Notes: a model not told the origin generated them from the letters alone. A DNA stretch of 64,000 nt from Octopus sinensis (GCF_006345805.1 NC_042997.1:5146001-5210000), one strand, 5' to 3'; shown: positions 1 through 14,503, counted from the first letter of the stretch. Program-made: numbers and translations.

Positions 1-1300
1 CAGACTTAAACGATTCATTTTGACGGTCTAGATAATCACCCCGCTCAAGGACATAACCTTACAAAATCCCAAAACCTCCCCTTACAAAACTTATAATCTA
101 AAAACCTTGTCTACCTACCCTCAAACTAGGGAAAGGTGTTCAGTGTCATAGGTAAGTCCACTTACGGTAAATTAGCAATCGAACATCTCAATGACAGCAC
201 ATTATACGAAAAATCACACATCACACCTAATCAGCTTCAAGCCAAAATTTACACCTGCTGGCCCATCTTTTGCCATAACAGAAAGCTCTCCAAGAATCCT
301 AGACTCAATTTCACATCTAAAAATGCCTACCTTCCCTCTTTTTATCATTTAGTAAAACTCACAATCCTGGGCCCAATCTTAAAATTAGAATTATTGTCTC
401 GGGAATTGGCGGCCTCTTTTATAAAATTTCCTCGTTTCTCTTTCAACTCCTCAAACCACTACTTCATGCATTCCACGGAAATGTCGGCAGTGACAAGGAG
501 ATCTTTAAAAGAATCAAGGGTATCGACTCTCCTGTAATCAAGATTAACCGATACCCTGTCAACTCAGACGTTGTCTCCCTCTATAATTCCGTACCCGTTC
601 TTCTGGATGTCGATAACATTTCTGACCGCATCGTATCTCTCCTTTAATCCCACTTTTCTGACACTAATTTCTTCCCCTCCTCCTTTACACTTTTCTTCTT
701 ACTCCTCTTCACTTTCTCCTACTTTCTTATTCCTCTTCCTCTCTCACCAACCCTCAACTTTTTAGTTTTACCCACATCCGTTAACTTCTAGTTATTATTG
801 AAGGTAACGTTTCCTTCCAATATGACTGTGAATCATATACGCAGATGTCAGGTCTGCCGATGGGATCCATCTCTCAGGCCAATTGTCCATCTCTGGATCA
901 ACTCGAACGCATGGCCCTTATCACTTGCCGTATTCCCAGTGTACGTCGACGACATTTTGTTGCTCACCTCCTCCCGGGAAGAGGTGACCGCCAAACTTGA
1001 ACGACGACGACAACCACATCAAATTTGAAAACGAATACTCGGACATGTCCGGAAATCTCCCTGCTCGATTACCAAATCAGGATCACAGTGGAAAGCTACA
1101 CCTACACGAATATTGTTCGGAAAGCGGCCTATAGGAATCTGTTTGTACATTAAGAATCATCCCTGGCCAGCAGAGCCAAAGCAACATACGTGCAAAATAA
1201 GATCACACGTATAAGAGATAGATGCAGCGAAGCAATAGACAAAGCTACCAATACAGTGTGGTTCTTCAGCTAAGAAGATCCAGAATAGTGTATCCTTAAA
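1..1300 (+). pseudogene. Degenerate Penelope-like reverse transcriptase remnant (frameshifted)
   Basis: ORF pieces read 'KSTYGKLAIEHLNDSTLYEK...LPSFYHLVK' and 'YVDDILLL' (RT catalytic motif), with many frameshifts; boundaries approximate. Confidence 0.6.
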
Positions 1301-1632
1301 CTTCCTTACTTCGATGAGAGACCAACTGCAGTGATGGACTTCAGGTACAGTTGATGCCCTCCGCTCCATCCCTGAGTCAAGTTCTATTGAGGAAAAATAA
1401 TTTTTACAAAGTGTGTTCTAAAATGTGATTGGCTCTCAGTTTTAATCCAAATATTTTAGCTTTGATGCAACCAAGCAAATTGTATTCTTCTCTGTTGTTT
1501 CTCCTCTGCTTTTTTCTCATTCAATAATTGTGCATTTTCTTCACTGTTTTGAGTTTGTATGAATAACACAAAGAAGAAAATGGAAAATATTATTTTCTTG
1601 TGCATTTTAAAACTCTCTTCATTTATTTCATT

Positions 1633-1633
<1 letters not shown>

Positions 1634-1667
<34 letters not shown>

Positions 1668-1668
1668 A

Positions 1669-1733
<65 letters not shown>

Positions 1734-1735
1734 CT
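1634..1735. repeat. (CT)n/(CTAT)n microsatellite, representative of dozens of (TA)n, (CA)n, (GA)n and (CTAT)n tracts in the window
   Basis: Directly visible. Confidence 0.95.
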
Positions 1736-2361
1736 ATGTCTCTCTGTCTCTCTTCTCAGATTTATCCTCTTTCCCTTTAAAGCGGAAAAAGCAATGTCAT
1801 AAATCCGTTCATAAAAGTGTGTTAAACTTTGTTTACATGTGAAACTGAAAGTAATTTTTGAGAGCAGCATTGGGAGCAACAGATCGATTCAAATAATTTT
1901 CCAATGGGTATTTATATGCTATTCTAAATTCTTATTAACCGATCTCAATGGAATTTTCCATGTTGCATATTTCAGATTCATTCTATTAATTTATTGTAAA
2001 ATCTCACATGATAGAATGCGTTCATCTCACTAAATGAGACATTACTCTATTTAGTAGGCATAACGCATCTCGGAGGTAAATTTCGTAGGCAAATGTTTCT
2101 TTCTCTTACTCATTTTCTCTATTTCACTCACTCTCGATACATACACACACAAACACACACACATATATGGTGGCATTCATGCATGAATGTGTGTATGTGT
2201 GTGTGTGAGTGTGTGTGCGCGCGCGTGTGTGTACATTTTTATGCATATACATATTTTCATATTTATCCGTGCACACATATATACTGAAGCACACTCACAC
2301 ACATACACAGCCACACACACACACATACACACACAGACACACACACACATATATATATATA

Positions 2362-2735
2362 CTAGCAGTATCGCCCGGCGTTGCTCAGGTTTGTAAGGGA
2401 AATAACTATAAAGCATTTTTAGAGAGTTATAGCCAAAAAATAGCAAAAAAATGGGAAAAAAATGATGGTAAATTTTTTTTGAGAGTTAAAAAAGGTGGAG
2501 TTGCGTCCCCTAGACGGTCTGTGGTTTGGGTTTCTGATTCTCGACCCCATGTCGAATTATCGATTTTTTTCAGAACTGGGGGAACTTTTCAAAATTTTCG
2601 CTGCGTTAGTTTTGAATTATGACATTGGGCTATGTGTGTGTCAAGTTTCATCAGAATCGGTTGAAAGCCGTGGTCAGGGTGAGGGTACGAGAAAACAGAC
2701 ACACAGAAAACGCACAGACAAACTGCCGTTTATAT

Positions 2736-2740
<5 letters not shown>
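2362..2740 (-). mobile_element. Short non-autonomous Helitron
   Basis: On the minus strand it starts 5'-TC (2740) and ends CTAG-3' (2362), sits between A and T within (TA)n, and has a subterminal GC hairpin cccggcgttgctcagg (2374-2389); same 3' end at 41194. Confidence 0.75.
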
Positions 2741-2819
<79 letters not shown>

Positions 2820-3000
2820 ATTAACAAAAAAGTACAAAAGACGAAGACGGGTGGTGTAGACAATAAGCAGATGTATTGGTTTAACGCTCGGGAAGTGAAA
2901 AATGTCTTTAACGTTTCGCGCCTATGCTCTTCTATAAAATGAACACATAAAGAAACAAGAAGAAAAAATAAAGAATGAGTTGTGGGTAGAGATCTATCAT
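2820..3000 (-). repeat. Dispersed pLTR-like repeat fragment with HHR-like 3' half
   Basis: Similar to 33480-33570 in opposite orientation (cgaaacgt.aaagac...cacttcccgagcgttaaac.aatacatc); core degenerate. Confidence 0.45.
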
Positions 3001-4029
3001 GACGAATGTAATGCATAATAACTGTTAACCCTGTGAACCAGGTAGATAAATGTATGCTCTAAAATATATACACACTGTTCTACCTCGTTTATGAAATAAA
3101 AAGAAAAAAACTTTATCGCATAATCTTCTTAACATTATAGCCTTTGGAATTTGTATGTTAATTTCAAACACATAACAGTTGTTTTTCTATCTATAGGTAT
3201 TGGGTAATCATAACTCATTTAAATATAACAATGTCCTATCATAGATAGCTTGAAAATATACAGTAGTCGATTCTATTAAACAAAGTTCACTTAAGATTTC
3301 CCCTCTATGGCTACACTGTTGTGTGTGTTTCTATTCATTCAGAGTTTAAATATACAAAGATGACAGACATATAGCATAACGATAAATAGATATGGTATGT
3401 TAAAATGGTGGACAACTTTAATATAACCTTCTGTTTATATTTAGAATATTTAGGCCGTGGTGAAAAGCAATATGAACATTTCTTTTTTTTTATGAAGCAG
3501 AAAATATATTCTTATGTATAAGTGGGGAATGCCTTTATATATGATATTGCAGAAAATTATATTCAGAAATATTCAAAGATCAAATTCATAATAGATTATT
3601 GAAAAAATAATGTACTTAAATAGAAAAATATTTAAAAATTAAACCACTTGGAAAGGACATTAAATGATGAATTGCATTGATAATATATGACAAATCAGTG
3701 AAAAATTAAATTAATTCAAAGACCATCAAAGTTTTAATTTTAATATATAATCTAACACTGCAAAACAGTATATTCTAATGTATAAGTGTGAGTGAAAAAC
3801 ATATATGTGTGTTTACACATGTGTTCGCGTGTGTGTGTGCATGCATATGTGTGCACGTGTGTGTATGCGTCTGTGTGTGCGCGCGTGTTTATGTGTGTAA
3901 ATAAATGCATGAATGTATATGTGTGTTTATTATGAAATGTCACATTTTTTAATTACTTGTTATTTCAGGCATTTAAAAACTCAATTATATATATCCTTTC
4001 GTTTAATCTTGACAATTTTTTCCTTTCCA

Positions 4030-4930
4030 AATAATATTGGTATACAAATCTCGTACACACAGACCTTTTGAAAATGATAACCAATGTTGAGTGATTTTCT
4101 TGTACGATTTGTATCATTCTGCCGCAGAAGCCCTACACAATATCAAGTGGGATTTGGTAGTTGTCTTGTTGACATCAGGACAGTTCCGAGATGGTTCTAA
4201 AGATTTCTTTCAGAAGATGATACCCTTGAAAATGAAATAATTGGGGGGGGGGGCAAACTTAGTCACTCAGCATGATGGCTGAAATACTTTGGTTGAACAA
4301 AATCCGAGAACAACGTTCCAAAACTTTCATCAGAACTCCAAACATTTCGCATACCTGTTTCTCGGCACCTGAAAACAATTGGAAATGTCAAGAAAATGAG
4401 TAGGTTTGTTTCACGTCAACTGAACGAAATTAAAAAGAAAAGGAAACAGGCGCGTCAAATTGGGCTGCTTATTATTTTCTCGACTGGAAAAAGAACCAAT
4501 TTTGCATCAAAATCATTGCATATGATGAGAGATGGATACTCTTTGACAACAACAGGAAAACAGGACAGGGTTTAGATGCAGGAGAGTCATCTAAAACCAT
4601 CCAAAACCACCCTAAAACTTTGTGGTCACTGTATAGTGGTCTGCGAAAGGGGTTATTCCTTATTCATTTTTGCAACAAAGTAAAAGTGTAACAGCAACAA
4701 CATATTTCCAGGAAATTGTTTGTAAGCATGAGAATTTGAAAACGAGAAAAATCCAGACTAGTGAAGAGAGATGGCCCAATTTTGCTCCACGACAGTGCAT
4801 GTTCTCAGACTTCTCACAACAGATGCAACGCATGAATTATGAAATTTCGCAACTACCTGCATATTTCTTCTACTGATCATCACTTATTTAATTATTTTGA
4901 GATTTTCATACAAAATAAAACAGGATTTCA
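4030..4930 (+). pseudogene. Degenerate mariner-type transposase remnant
   Basis: Broken frames give 'DERWILFDN', 'VTV*WSAKGVIPYSFLQQSKSVTATTYFQ' and 'GPILLHDS', resembling mariner DDD-domain motifs. Confidence 0.7.
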
Positions 4931-5139
4931 TTTCAAACTAACTGCTGATAACTACCTAGAACACACAAGAGTAAAAAAGAGAGACAGAAACAGGCTGAGA
5001 AAAGGAAAATGTCACTAGAATTTGAAAACTATGGAAATATATATACACATGCCTATACCTATATCTATATATGTCTGTATATACATACACACACACAAAT
5101 ATATACATATACGTACACATCTATATCTATGTATCTATA

Positions 5140-5339
<200 letters not shown>

Positions 5340-6072
5340 AAGTGGAGTTGTGGGGTACTGCACGAGTGGAATTATATACGAAAGAAGGTTTGAAAATGCA
5401 ATTTAAAAGATGTTTATTTACTGTACCGGTTCCACTCTTTGGAAAAAGATTGTCAAAAGTAACATGTAGAAGTTTGGTTGCGTTAATTGTTGGTTGTTGC
5501 AAATTGCTACATTACATATATACAGTCTTTGGTAACAGGGACATATTAAGGACGTAAAAAAGTTCAACAATTTCCTTAAAATATTGGGCACAAAAGATTA
5601 CTACATAAATAATTGTTCTCAAGGACATGCTTAAGATAGTTTCCAGAAGGAATTGATATAGGTATTGGTATTGTATCTGTATATTCAAACATGCACAGAA
5701 TATTGGTTGACACAGAGTACTATAATCCATATAAATATACATTCATTAGTGAGAAGAGTATGTTGAGATTATAAAAATGTTTAACAAGCTCATTGAAATA
5801 ATGGGCACAAAAGATTACAACAAATATATTATACATCTCAAGATAATTTCCAGGAGGAATTATTAAAAAAGTTCAGTATACACGTACAGAATATTATGAG
5901 TTCAAAAATATTTGCATTATAATAGTAGTGAAGCTAAAACTGACCTGTCCGATATGGTAGCGTAAAAGGAGGAGTAATATAGAACTGAAAATAATTTACT
6001 CTTTTTCTTTTTTTGTCTCTCCTTCAAGTATCAATGATTTTGGGGTCAGGATGGGGTGAGTGTTTGTGTCTT

Positions 6073-6103
<31 letters not shown>

Positions 6104-6544
6104 ATACGTACATATGTGGTGTGAATAGATGTGTCTGTGTGTCTGGAAGACCTGGTAGGATGGTGTGTCCGTTTGTCAAGCGCGTGTGTGGTTGTCTTGG
6201 TGTTGTGTGTGTGTGTATGTATGTATGTGTGTGGATGGCATTTGGCATGGTGCTGCGTGTGTATATGTGTGTCGGTATGGAGGTGAGATTGGTGTGAGTG
6301 TGTGTGTCCGTGTGTGTGTGCATATATATGTATACATGTGTTTGTGTGTGTGTGGAGGCTGTTTTTGATTGGTTCCAGGGTGGTGTAAATAGATGCGTGT
6401 TATTTAATGAATTTTTTGGAGTAGGATGGTGTTTGTATATGTGTGCCCACACATATACACACACACACACACAAACGGGCACACATTTACACACACCATT
6501 CTACCCCCAAAAATTATTTAAATAACACACATCTATTTACACCA

Positions 6545-7020
6545 AATCGGAACACTGTTAAGAATAATAGTATTATAGAGGAGTAATAGTTCTGTATGTC
6601 GATTGTCAGAATTTTTGGGTACATCTATTTTCTGACTGAATATTGTAGATCCAATATATTGCAACTTGGGTGTTACATCATAGTTCTAGTTTAACTTCAG
6701 CGTTGGTAAATATTATCTAACATTATTTACTAAGCTTACCTATGTAAGATTTATTAGGACATATTAATATAACCTGTGTTCTTTTTAGGAATTTGCCCTT
6801 ATGGTCTTTAATTGTTATGCGGGGTCGAATTGGTGGAAATGGCTCGGTCTAATCTCCTAAATTAAAATCCAACATTATATTTCTGCCTTCTATGTTTATC
6901 TTCTTTAATGTGTTATTAGGGACTACCTTATACTTTTTCGTGATTTCCCTATGGATGAGTTCGTGGTATATGTTGATGTTCAGTATTGTAGATGTTTCTA
7001 GTTTTGTCCAAACCTGCATT
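6545..7020 (-). pseudogene. PLE RT N-terminal fragment (same clade as the 10-18 kb element)
   Basis: '[16 protein letters not shown]...PRITIKDHKGKFLKRTQVILICPNKSYIGKLSK' parallels 'LKDHKKNFLENPSVRLICPTKSDIGRLSK' at ~13860-13945. Confidence 0.7.
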
Positions 7021-7153
7021 GTTTGAGTGTATATATACATGTATATGCATGTATGTCTATATATGTGCGTATATATGTATATATGCATTTGTGCGTATGT
7101 TTGTGTGTAGATGTATATATATATATATATAAATGTATATATATATATATAAT

Positions 7154-7202
<49 letters not shown>

Positions 7203-7269
7203 TTGTGTGTGTATATACAGGCATATATAGTTGTAGGTATAGGTATATATGAGTTATATACCTATATAA

Positions 7270-8075
7270 ATTGAACCTTTGTTGCATTTTGCTATTGTAT
7301 ATGCGATGCATAACATTCTCCAAGTTAGCAGATTTAGCTTGAACCATGCAACCACCTCTTAGGTATCAGACCAGAGGGCTAATCTAATTTTAGACTTAAG
7401 GATGGCTATTAACCTGTCAATGATACTTTTACTAATAATAATTAAAAGGATTTAGAAGGACGAATCAATCTAACTGAGGGATCGATAAGAAAGTAAAGTT
7501 AATGGTCCTTAAGGAAACTCCGGGGTTTGCGGCGGATGTAGCGATCTGTTTTATCATCAATGGTTAGATCTTTGACGATTTCTAGCCCTGTATTGTTTAT
7601 TCTCTTTAATACGTCATTATTAGCATGTGTATATTTTATGCATATTTCCTTCCTAATCATAGACCTATGTAGATCAATATCAAAAATGTAACCATTATTT
7701 GTTGTGTCCGCCACTACAAATATCCCCGGAGCTTTCTTGAAGTCGACAAGTAATTTTCTGATTTTCTGCTGACGTATATTACACCGTCTATGGCACTTCC
7801 TGAAATTCACATTCTTGACAATACAATATAATTCTCTTTCAAATCTGGTTAGATGTTGATTTTTCGGTAGGTTCCTCCTAGATTTGAATACTTTTTTAGT
7901 AGTTCACCATGTTTAGGTTTGTCGTTATGTTTACGCTCCTTGTCGAAAAAGAAAGCTTTCCACCGTATTCTACGCATAAATCTGTTCGTTTTCTACAAGA
8001 GATCTCGTATATAATCCTTCCTGCTGGGTATAGGTTTGACCTTTAGTGAAACATCCAGTGTTTTATTCACCATCT
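7270..8075 (-). pseudogene. Second PLE 5' fragment (N-terminus and start of RT), degenerate
   Basis: 'SLKVKPIPSRKDYI...FMRRIRWKAFFF' and ORF 7499-7810 'VADTTNNGY...RSFLKDH' cover the same region as the 6545-7020 fragment. Confidence 0.7.
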
Positions 8076-8229
8076 TGGTACGCTAACATAAAGCGCCTTC
8101 TTAATGAATAATAAAATGAATGGTTTACACCTGGTAGCTTACTGGCAAAGTACGGTCACTTTCACAGTGATCGTAAGTGAATAACAAATTAAAGACAGAA
8201 GGTGGAATATACGAGAATATATTATTAAT

Positions 8230-8342
8230 CACAACAATTGTTTCGACACATTTAGCATCGACTCCTCTTCTTTTTCGGCTGATTTTTGCTGAGTTGTGGT
8301 ATTTCATGTCACGATCTCTGTATGTGCTTTTTCCCTTAGGTG
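8230..8342 (-). ncRNA. Degenerate type I hammerhead remnant in the pLTR upstream of the PLE fragment
   Basis: cac-CTAAGGG...gcacat...atgtgtc-GAAA-caattg-TT-gtg; palindromic stem III, but the CUGANGA box has decayed. Confidence 0.35.
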
Positions 8343-9920
8343 GCCACACCTACAATTATTTTTTCCTTCTTTTCCGTTTTTCTGGCCACTTTTATAACGC
8401 GAGATGCATAAACTTGATGCATAATCTGCTAATCTTTTTCTAAAATATATTTTAGCAATGTTTCATTGCTATTTTTATGGGAGAATGCGATTAAATTCAT
8501 GAAGCTATAAAGTTTAATAATTTGAAGATTTAGACATAGCATACACTAGAGAAATTGAATGCAGCCATACAAATATTTCATGTTTTAAGCATACTTAATA
8601 CTCACGAGAAAGACATTGACGAAGTCTAATCAAATCTGCAGTCAATTTGGATTATCGTGCAATTTCTTAATTCGTTATTTTATACATGATTATAGCTATT
8701 TCTAATGAGTTGTATCTATAGCTGTCACACATTATCGCACTTGTTTAGTTGTCTCCCGTAACTCAATGAGCTTCAAATGTACTATGTTATTGCTAATTGA
8801 AAATTATATTCACAGCAGTGAATTGAACAATAAATAAAATACATAATTTATTTTTGCATCTTAGCGTTCGTTTAATGACCAGCTCGCTGCCGTACCTTCA
8901 GTAAATATTATAAATGATAGTGATTAACTTCATGATTAGATAAAGCTGTTATTATCCTAACATATGGCATATGTAATGAACGAAAACAATAAAATTATAA
9001 TTGTTACACAAGACAGATGGCTCATTTGTAAATAACAATATTCAAACTAGTAGACTGCGGCACTAAAGATCTCCGTCTAAATCCTTATACGGTTTCAAAT
9101 TTATACAACAGAGTAATGACCTAAAGATTTTAAAGTTAATGGCCCCTGCTGCACTCTTCATCCTTATATCACATTACTTTAATCATTATTAACATATATA
9201 CATGCCTCAATGCTTTCTCCCAATGTATACTTGACTGTAAGTAAAAGCAATTCTCTCACGATTTATGTTTGCTGAGATTCATCGTAAAAGTTTATTTCCG
9301 GAATATTTATAAGGAGTTTAGTTTCCGTTTCAATGAATTTAATTTCCTTGCCACAGGAAACAAATTGTATATCTATATACACCTTATAATCTTAACATAG
9401 TAACTAAAAATATCAGGAAAGGATTAGACAGTAATAATAAGACACGTGATGGCAACCAATAAAAGTACACCTAATACTTAGTTTAGATAGCTAAGAGCAT
9501 GCTCTGGAGAACATAAATAAATTACTGATTTTCATTCATTTATAATCATTTCTTAGTTGACTTAGTCCTGTGTATATGTGTGTGTTTTTGTATAAATATA
9601 CGCAAATATACAATATATACATATACGAATGTATATATATATATACCTACGTATATCAGTGAGAGTAACGAATTAAAGAACGAGTTATCAACAGAGTATA
9701 AATGGATAAATATTTTTCTAATAATAAAGCACTGTAATATAATACAAAGATTTTCATTGAAATATCTTAGGAAATAACCAGTGTTAAATGGCTTTAACTG
9801 GCAAACGCTGTTATCATTTTATAAGAGAAAGCGATACTACCTCACTACATTTCACCGAATCACAAATGCTGAGAAAATGTGTGTTTTTTAAAAGCAAATG
9901 AAGCAACGGTAACTTTTAAC

Positions 9921-9984
<64 letters not shown>

Positions 9985-10136
9985 TATACAAAAAGCAATA
10001 AAGATTCAAGTTAATTTTAATGAATTTACTTGAATATGGTACCTAACTTAGATGCACCAAAAAAAACTACACTGTTTTAACAATACAGTAATGTGGGGTG
10101 ATTATAAGCGAGAAAGAAGCAACAAGAATGGATAGG

Positions 10137-10227
10137 TTTTAGTACAATCGTTTCATACAAGGACAGGCTTTATTAAAAGTTGTAAAAATTACAGCATATA
10201 AACGTGTCCCGTACTCATCAGCTAAAA
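10137..10227 (-). ncRNA. Type I hammerhead ribozyme (canonical core, long stem II) in PLE pLTR
   Basis: ttttag-CTGATGA-gtacgggaca...tgtccttgtat-GAAA-cgattg-TA-ctaaaa. Confidence 0.85.
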
Positions 10228-10377
10228 TACATGTGAGTTCTCTAGACATCCTAGTGGTTGAGGCTATACTCATGAAGTAATGTAGATAATTAAGTAACAT
10301 AAACAGATTTCCAAAGTTCATTAAAGTTCTTTAAAGATGATGTACAGTCTTATCACAGAATTTTAAAAAAGTTCTAA

Positions 10378-10665
10378 TAGCATCACAGAGAAGGTGACCT
10401 AATCCATAGAGCACATATGAATTTCCAGAGATATGATGAGGGATTACATACTCACAGAAGACAAATTTATCCATTGTTAATCACAACGAGGTGGGTCTCA
10501 ATTCCTGCTTATTAGCATTACAGAGAGGGTGAATTAATCCTTTGTATAGATGCACAATTTCCAATGGTGTAGATGTAAGTTTCCAGAGAAATGAAGAGGA
10601 ATTTCATATTCAGGCGATAAATTTATCAATGGTTGAACACAATGAGGTAGGTATCAATTCTTGTT
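10378..10665. repeat. Diverged two-copy tandem duplication (~135-150 bp) inside the PLE 3' region (mirrored at ~17485-17770)
   Basis: tagcat(c/t)acagag...tttccagaga...aatttatc...cacaa.gaggt.ggt.tcaattc occurs twice. Confidence 0.7.
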
Positions 10666-11696
10666 ATATGATTAGGTATTTGCCACATTAATCACATTAC
10701 TGCTATTTACAAGAGGCTGTAGCTATTTAACTGTTAAAGGCTGAAGGGCTTTCTAGAGAGGCCAAGAATAGAAAGGGAAGGGAATAGAAGAAAAGAGAGA
10801 AAATAAAGGAGGAGGGAGCAAAAAAGGGGGGGGAAGGGGACTAAAAGAGAAGAGAAAAGGAAAAAGAGAATAAGAAGAAGAAACAGAAAAAAGAGAAAAG
10901 AGAAAGAAATAGGGAAAGAAGGGAAAAAATAAAAATAAAAAAGAGGGTTCTAGTTATACAGAAGAATTAGTAGACGGCAAGTCTGGTTTTAATTTACAGG
11001 CATCTAGGAACTAGATTTTCTTTGGCCAGTAAAACAGCTAATTTATTGCTGTTGAAATCAGCTATGAATTTAAAGAGAATCTAGAGATAACACAGTCAGG
11101 GGTTTAGGGGTCAGATGCTAAAATCAAAAGAAAATACATTAGGAAAATCTAAGTATAATCTTATCAAAAAGTCAATAAAACTTACTTATTTAATTTATTC
11201 ATTTTATCGTCTTAAGGAGTTGCCGTTATTATTCATACATTGACGGACTACAGGTCAAATCTTAGAAGATCATTTACAAGGTGTTAGGGGATTGTCTATC
11301 ATAATGAAGATAATCATATTATCACCGAGGGGGTAGCCTTATTTATTTAATTTTAAAATAGAATTATGGGGCTATAGTATCTCATTTTATTTTATTAGAG
11401 TTATGCTACTTAAATTAGATTAAGTTAGGAATTAAAATTTAAAATTACAATTAAGATTTAAAATTAAGAATTTAAAATTTATGAGTTTGAAATTAAATAA
11501 AGCCTCAATTAAGCAGCGTATAAGTACTATTCATTTTCCTGTTCTCAAAAAACTGATGCAGATATAAGGAAAAAGATAACTGTAGTGCGAGAACTCTTAG
11601 TTATCTACTTAAAGCAGTGCTATACTAGTAGAAATCAAGTTATATCTATCTATCTAGTTACGGATATTCTAATCATTTAAAATATTTTAAAGTCTT

Positions 11697-14503
11697 CAAT
11701 TTAGCGTGGACACAAACTTGACCTAGTTCGATATGGTTATTCAATAAGTTTCTATGTTTTCTATGCTTTAGAATTTCATACGTCTCCATGGAGCATAGTT
11801 GGCAACCAACCCTACTATTTTTATACGGAATTGCTCTCCTAACTATTTCCCAATTAGGTTATAATTTTTATTATTATTTTTGAGTTCCCAGATTTTGTTT
11901 GAAAGTGTGGTGGTACCAGCTTTATGACGTTAATTTAAAGGACGAGTCGTGATTTCTAACTCTGGCTAGAAAATTAATTGTACATCCAACGTAAAGATAT
12001 TTTTTATTCTCCGTGGATATGGTACATTTATAGATTACACTATTTTCCCCACATAGACCAGGTGCCGGGCACTTTGATTTTATTCTACACTTACACACAG
12101 GAGGAGCAACTTCAGGCTTTGGATTATTCTTGGGTAGATGTCTTAGGTTCCTATTATTTTGATTATCATTTCTATAGTTGGTGCTGATATCTAAAGTATT
12201 GCTATTATTTATTGATCCTTCAGCTTCATCATTTAGGTTTAAAGTCCTACCATGATTTCTTATATTATTGGTAACGTTACTATTATTGTTAGTCTTTTCA
12301 TCCGACTGCATATTGCTGTTATAAATATCACTGATATTTTCATTCTCCTTATTTTCTCCATTAGCCTTATATCTATTATTTCTATTATTAACATTATTAC
12401 TTCTATTAATATCGGCATTGTTATTATTACTATTAATGTTAATGTTATTAGTCATTCTGTGGTTACTAATTTCACCTATGTTTTGATAGTTACTATTGTT
12501 GTTTTTATTGTTGGTAGTATTATTATAATTGCTATTGGTATTCATGCTGATATTATTATTTTTATTTCTATTTCCTGGCTAGTTTAATGTTTTTATTATT
12601 AATCTTAGCTATTAAAGTGGACATATTTGGGAGGGTTGAATAAGAAATCCTAACTATTTTCCTAGATATAATTCTATGATATCTATGAGAGATAGGGAAA
12701 TTTTTTTCCAGAATTACTTTGAATTTGTTCTGTATATCCGATTGTATCGCACAGTTGAAAGGGATATTCAGCCATAAATATCTTTTTTATTAAATTTAGG
12801 GTTCGTAGAATTACTACTATTCATCTCACCGGAGTTATTGTATTTATTACCATTATTTTTATTTTTATTTGTGTGCATCTTAGGTTTATCTACTTCAATA
12901 TTATCCGAGTTACCTATGTTCTGGTCAATGCTTCTATTTGAATTGTTGGGCCTGTACGCTAGATTAGCGTTTACCATTAATTTAATTCTACTTTTATTTC
13001 GGGCTTGGTCTGTATTGCTGCTTACGTGATTACTGATAACTTCATTATTAGGAATACGTGAGTTCCCCTTATCAACGAATGTAATCTTTTGGTTGTATCC
13101 AGCCTTAGTTAACGCCTCATTATAATGCTCAGAATGGGAGTTAATATATCCTTATTGGATGATAATTTTGAAATTCTTAATGAAATATTTCTTACTAAAG
13201 ATTCTATTATATTTGGGGGATGATTTGATAATTATTTACGTAATTCGTGATTTCGCCTTCCTTTCTAAATGGGTAATGTAGCTTGGAGTTAAGGTCTAGC
13301 GTAATATCTAGGAAGTTAACTATTTTAGTGCCCGGTTCATACGTTATACTGAGGTTGAAATCCTTAAAGAACTTATTAATTTTCTTTCTAATCCTTTCTA
13401 TAACAGATTTATTATTACTAGGGATAACAAACAGAGCATCATCCCTATAGACCCCCCTGTATTTCTGGTATATCCTTGCTTATGCATTTTAATAGATATG
13501 CGCCCACTAGGTTGGTTACCTCAGCCGAATCACTGGAACCCATTGGTATATCAAAAAAATTAGGTGTATCTGCTCTAGTCCATAATTTATCTTCAAATTC
13601 TATAAATGTCTTCCTAGCTAATAGCACAATATTGATTTCTTCTCTAGATATGAGGGAGCGATTCATGGCAAATATTAGTGATTTGTTGAGTAAGATAGGG
13701 GAAATACTAGAGTAATAACTATTAATATCGAACTGAATAAAGGACAGACTACTAGTATTAGTTAGAGAGTTAAACAATTTTAGAACTTCATCCGTACTTA
13801 GCCATAGGTTTAAGGGGAAGAGGGGTTATTTGGGGTAGAACACTATCCAGGATAGATTTACTAAGTCGGCCAATGTCCGACTTAGTTGGACAGATCAGCC
13901 TTACCGAAGGGTTTTCCAAGAAGTTCTTTTTGTGGTCTTTAAGGTTGATCCTGGGCTCACACACGTTTAAGTGGCTCCGTTCTATCCGTTAAATTTAGTT
14001 TCTCCATGATCTCTTTCATTTCCATGTTTACTTTTTTCAAATTGTTCTTAGTCGTAATTTTATATTTGGAGTTTAGTTCCTTCCTAATTAATTTGCTATA
14101 AATATCGTAATCAACTCTATACATATTACCCGTTTTATCTGCTGGTACTAGGATTCCATGTTTGCACCGGTTGACTGAATAAAGTTCCTAAGGTGTCTAA
14201 GGTGAGGGTTATATCTTAACGGGTGTTCCTTGAAGCTAATATCATCTAAAGATTCAGCAAGTCTTTCTCAAATTATCCAGGAATGGGTTCTGAGGTGGGC
14301 TTTTTCTCTACTTTTAAAAATTATTCTAAAATTCTTTTCGGTATTCTTTTCCTGGTTTCTTCTTCTGTTTGACATCAAAATGGTACGTTTTCCACCTGAT
14401 TCTTCTAATGAAATCGTTAATCCTATGAATGAGAAGCCAATTATATTCATCTATACTATGTAAGGGATGTCTTTAGGGAAGAACTCATGTTTACCTTTTC
14501 CAT
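11697..14503 (-). pseudogene. PLE RT-GIY-YIG polyprotein, multiply frameshifted, with two Asn-rich inserts
   Basis: 'FIQFDINSYYSSI', 'FDIPMGSSDSAEVTNLVG', GGL(Y)RDDALF (intact YRDD in the mirror copy), 'CKCRIKSKCPAPGLCGENSVIYKC...YVGCTINFLARVRNH'. Confidence 0.85.

Noticed and set aside
5410-5540. Possible HHR 3' half on the minus strand (ggaaccggta-cagt followed by aataaa)
   Set aside because: GAAA is mutated and there is no convincing CUGANGA box or stem II; at most a decayed pLTR
8400-9900. Possible host exons in the less repetitive stretches (also ~39.6-41.1 kb and 53-57 kb)
   Set aside because: No recognisable protein similarity or convincing exon; small exons cannot be excluded without RNA-seq
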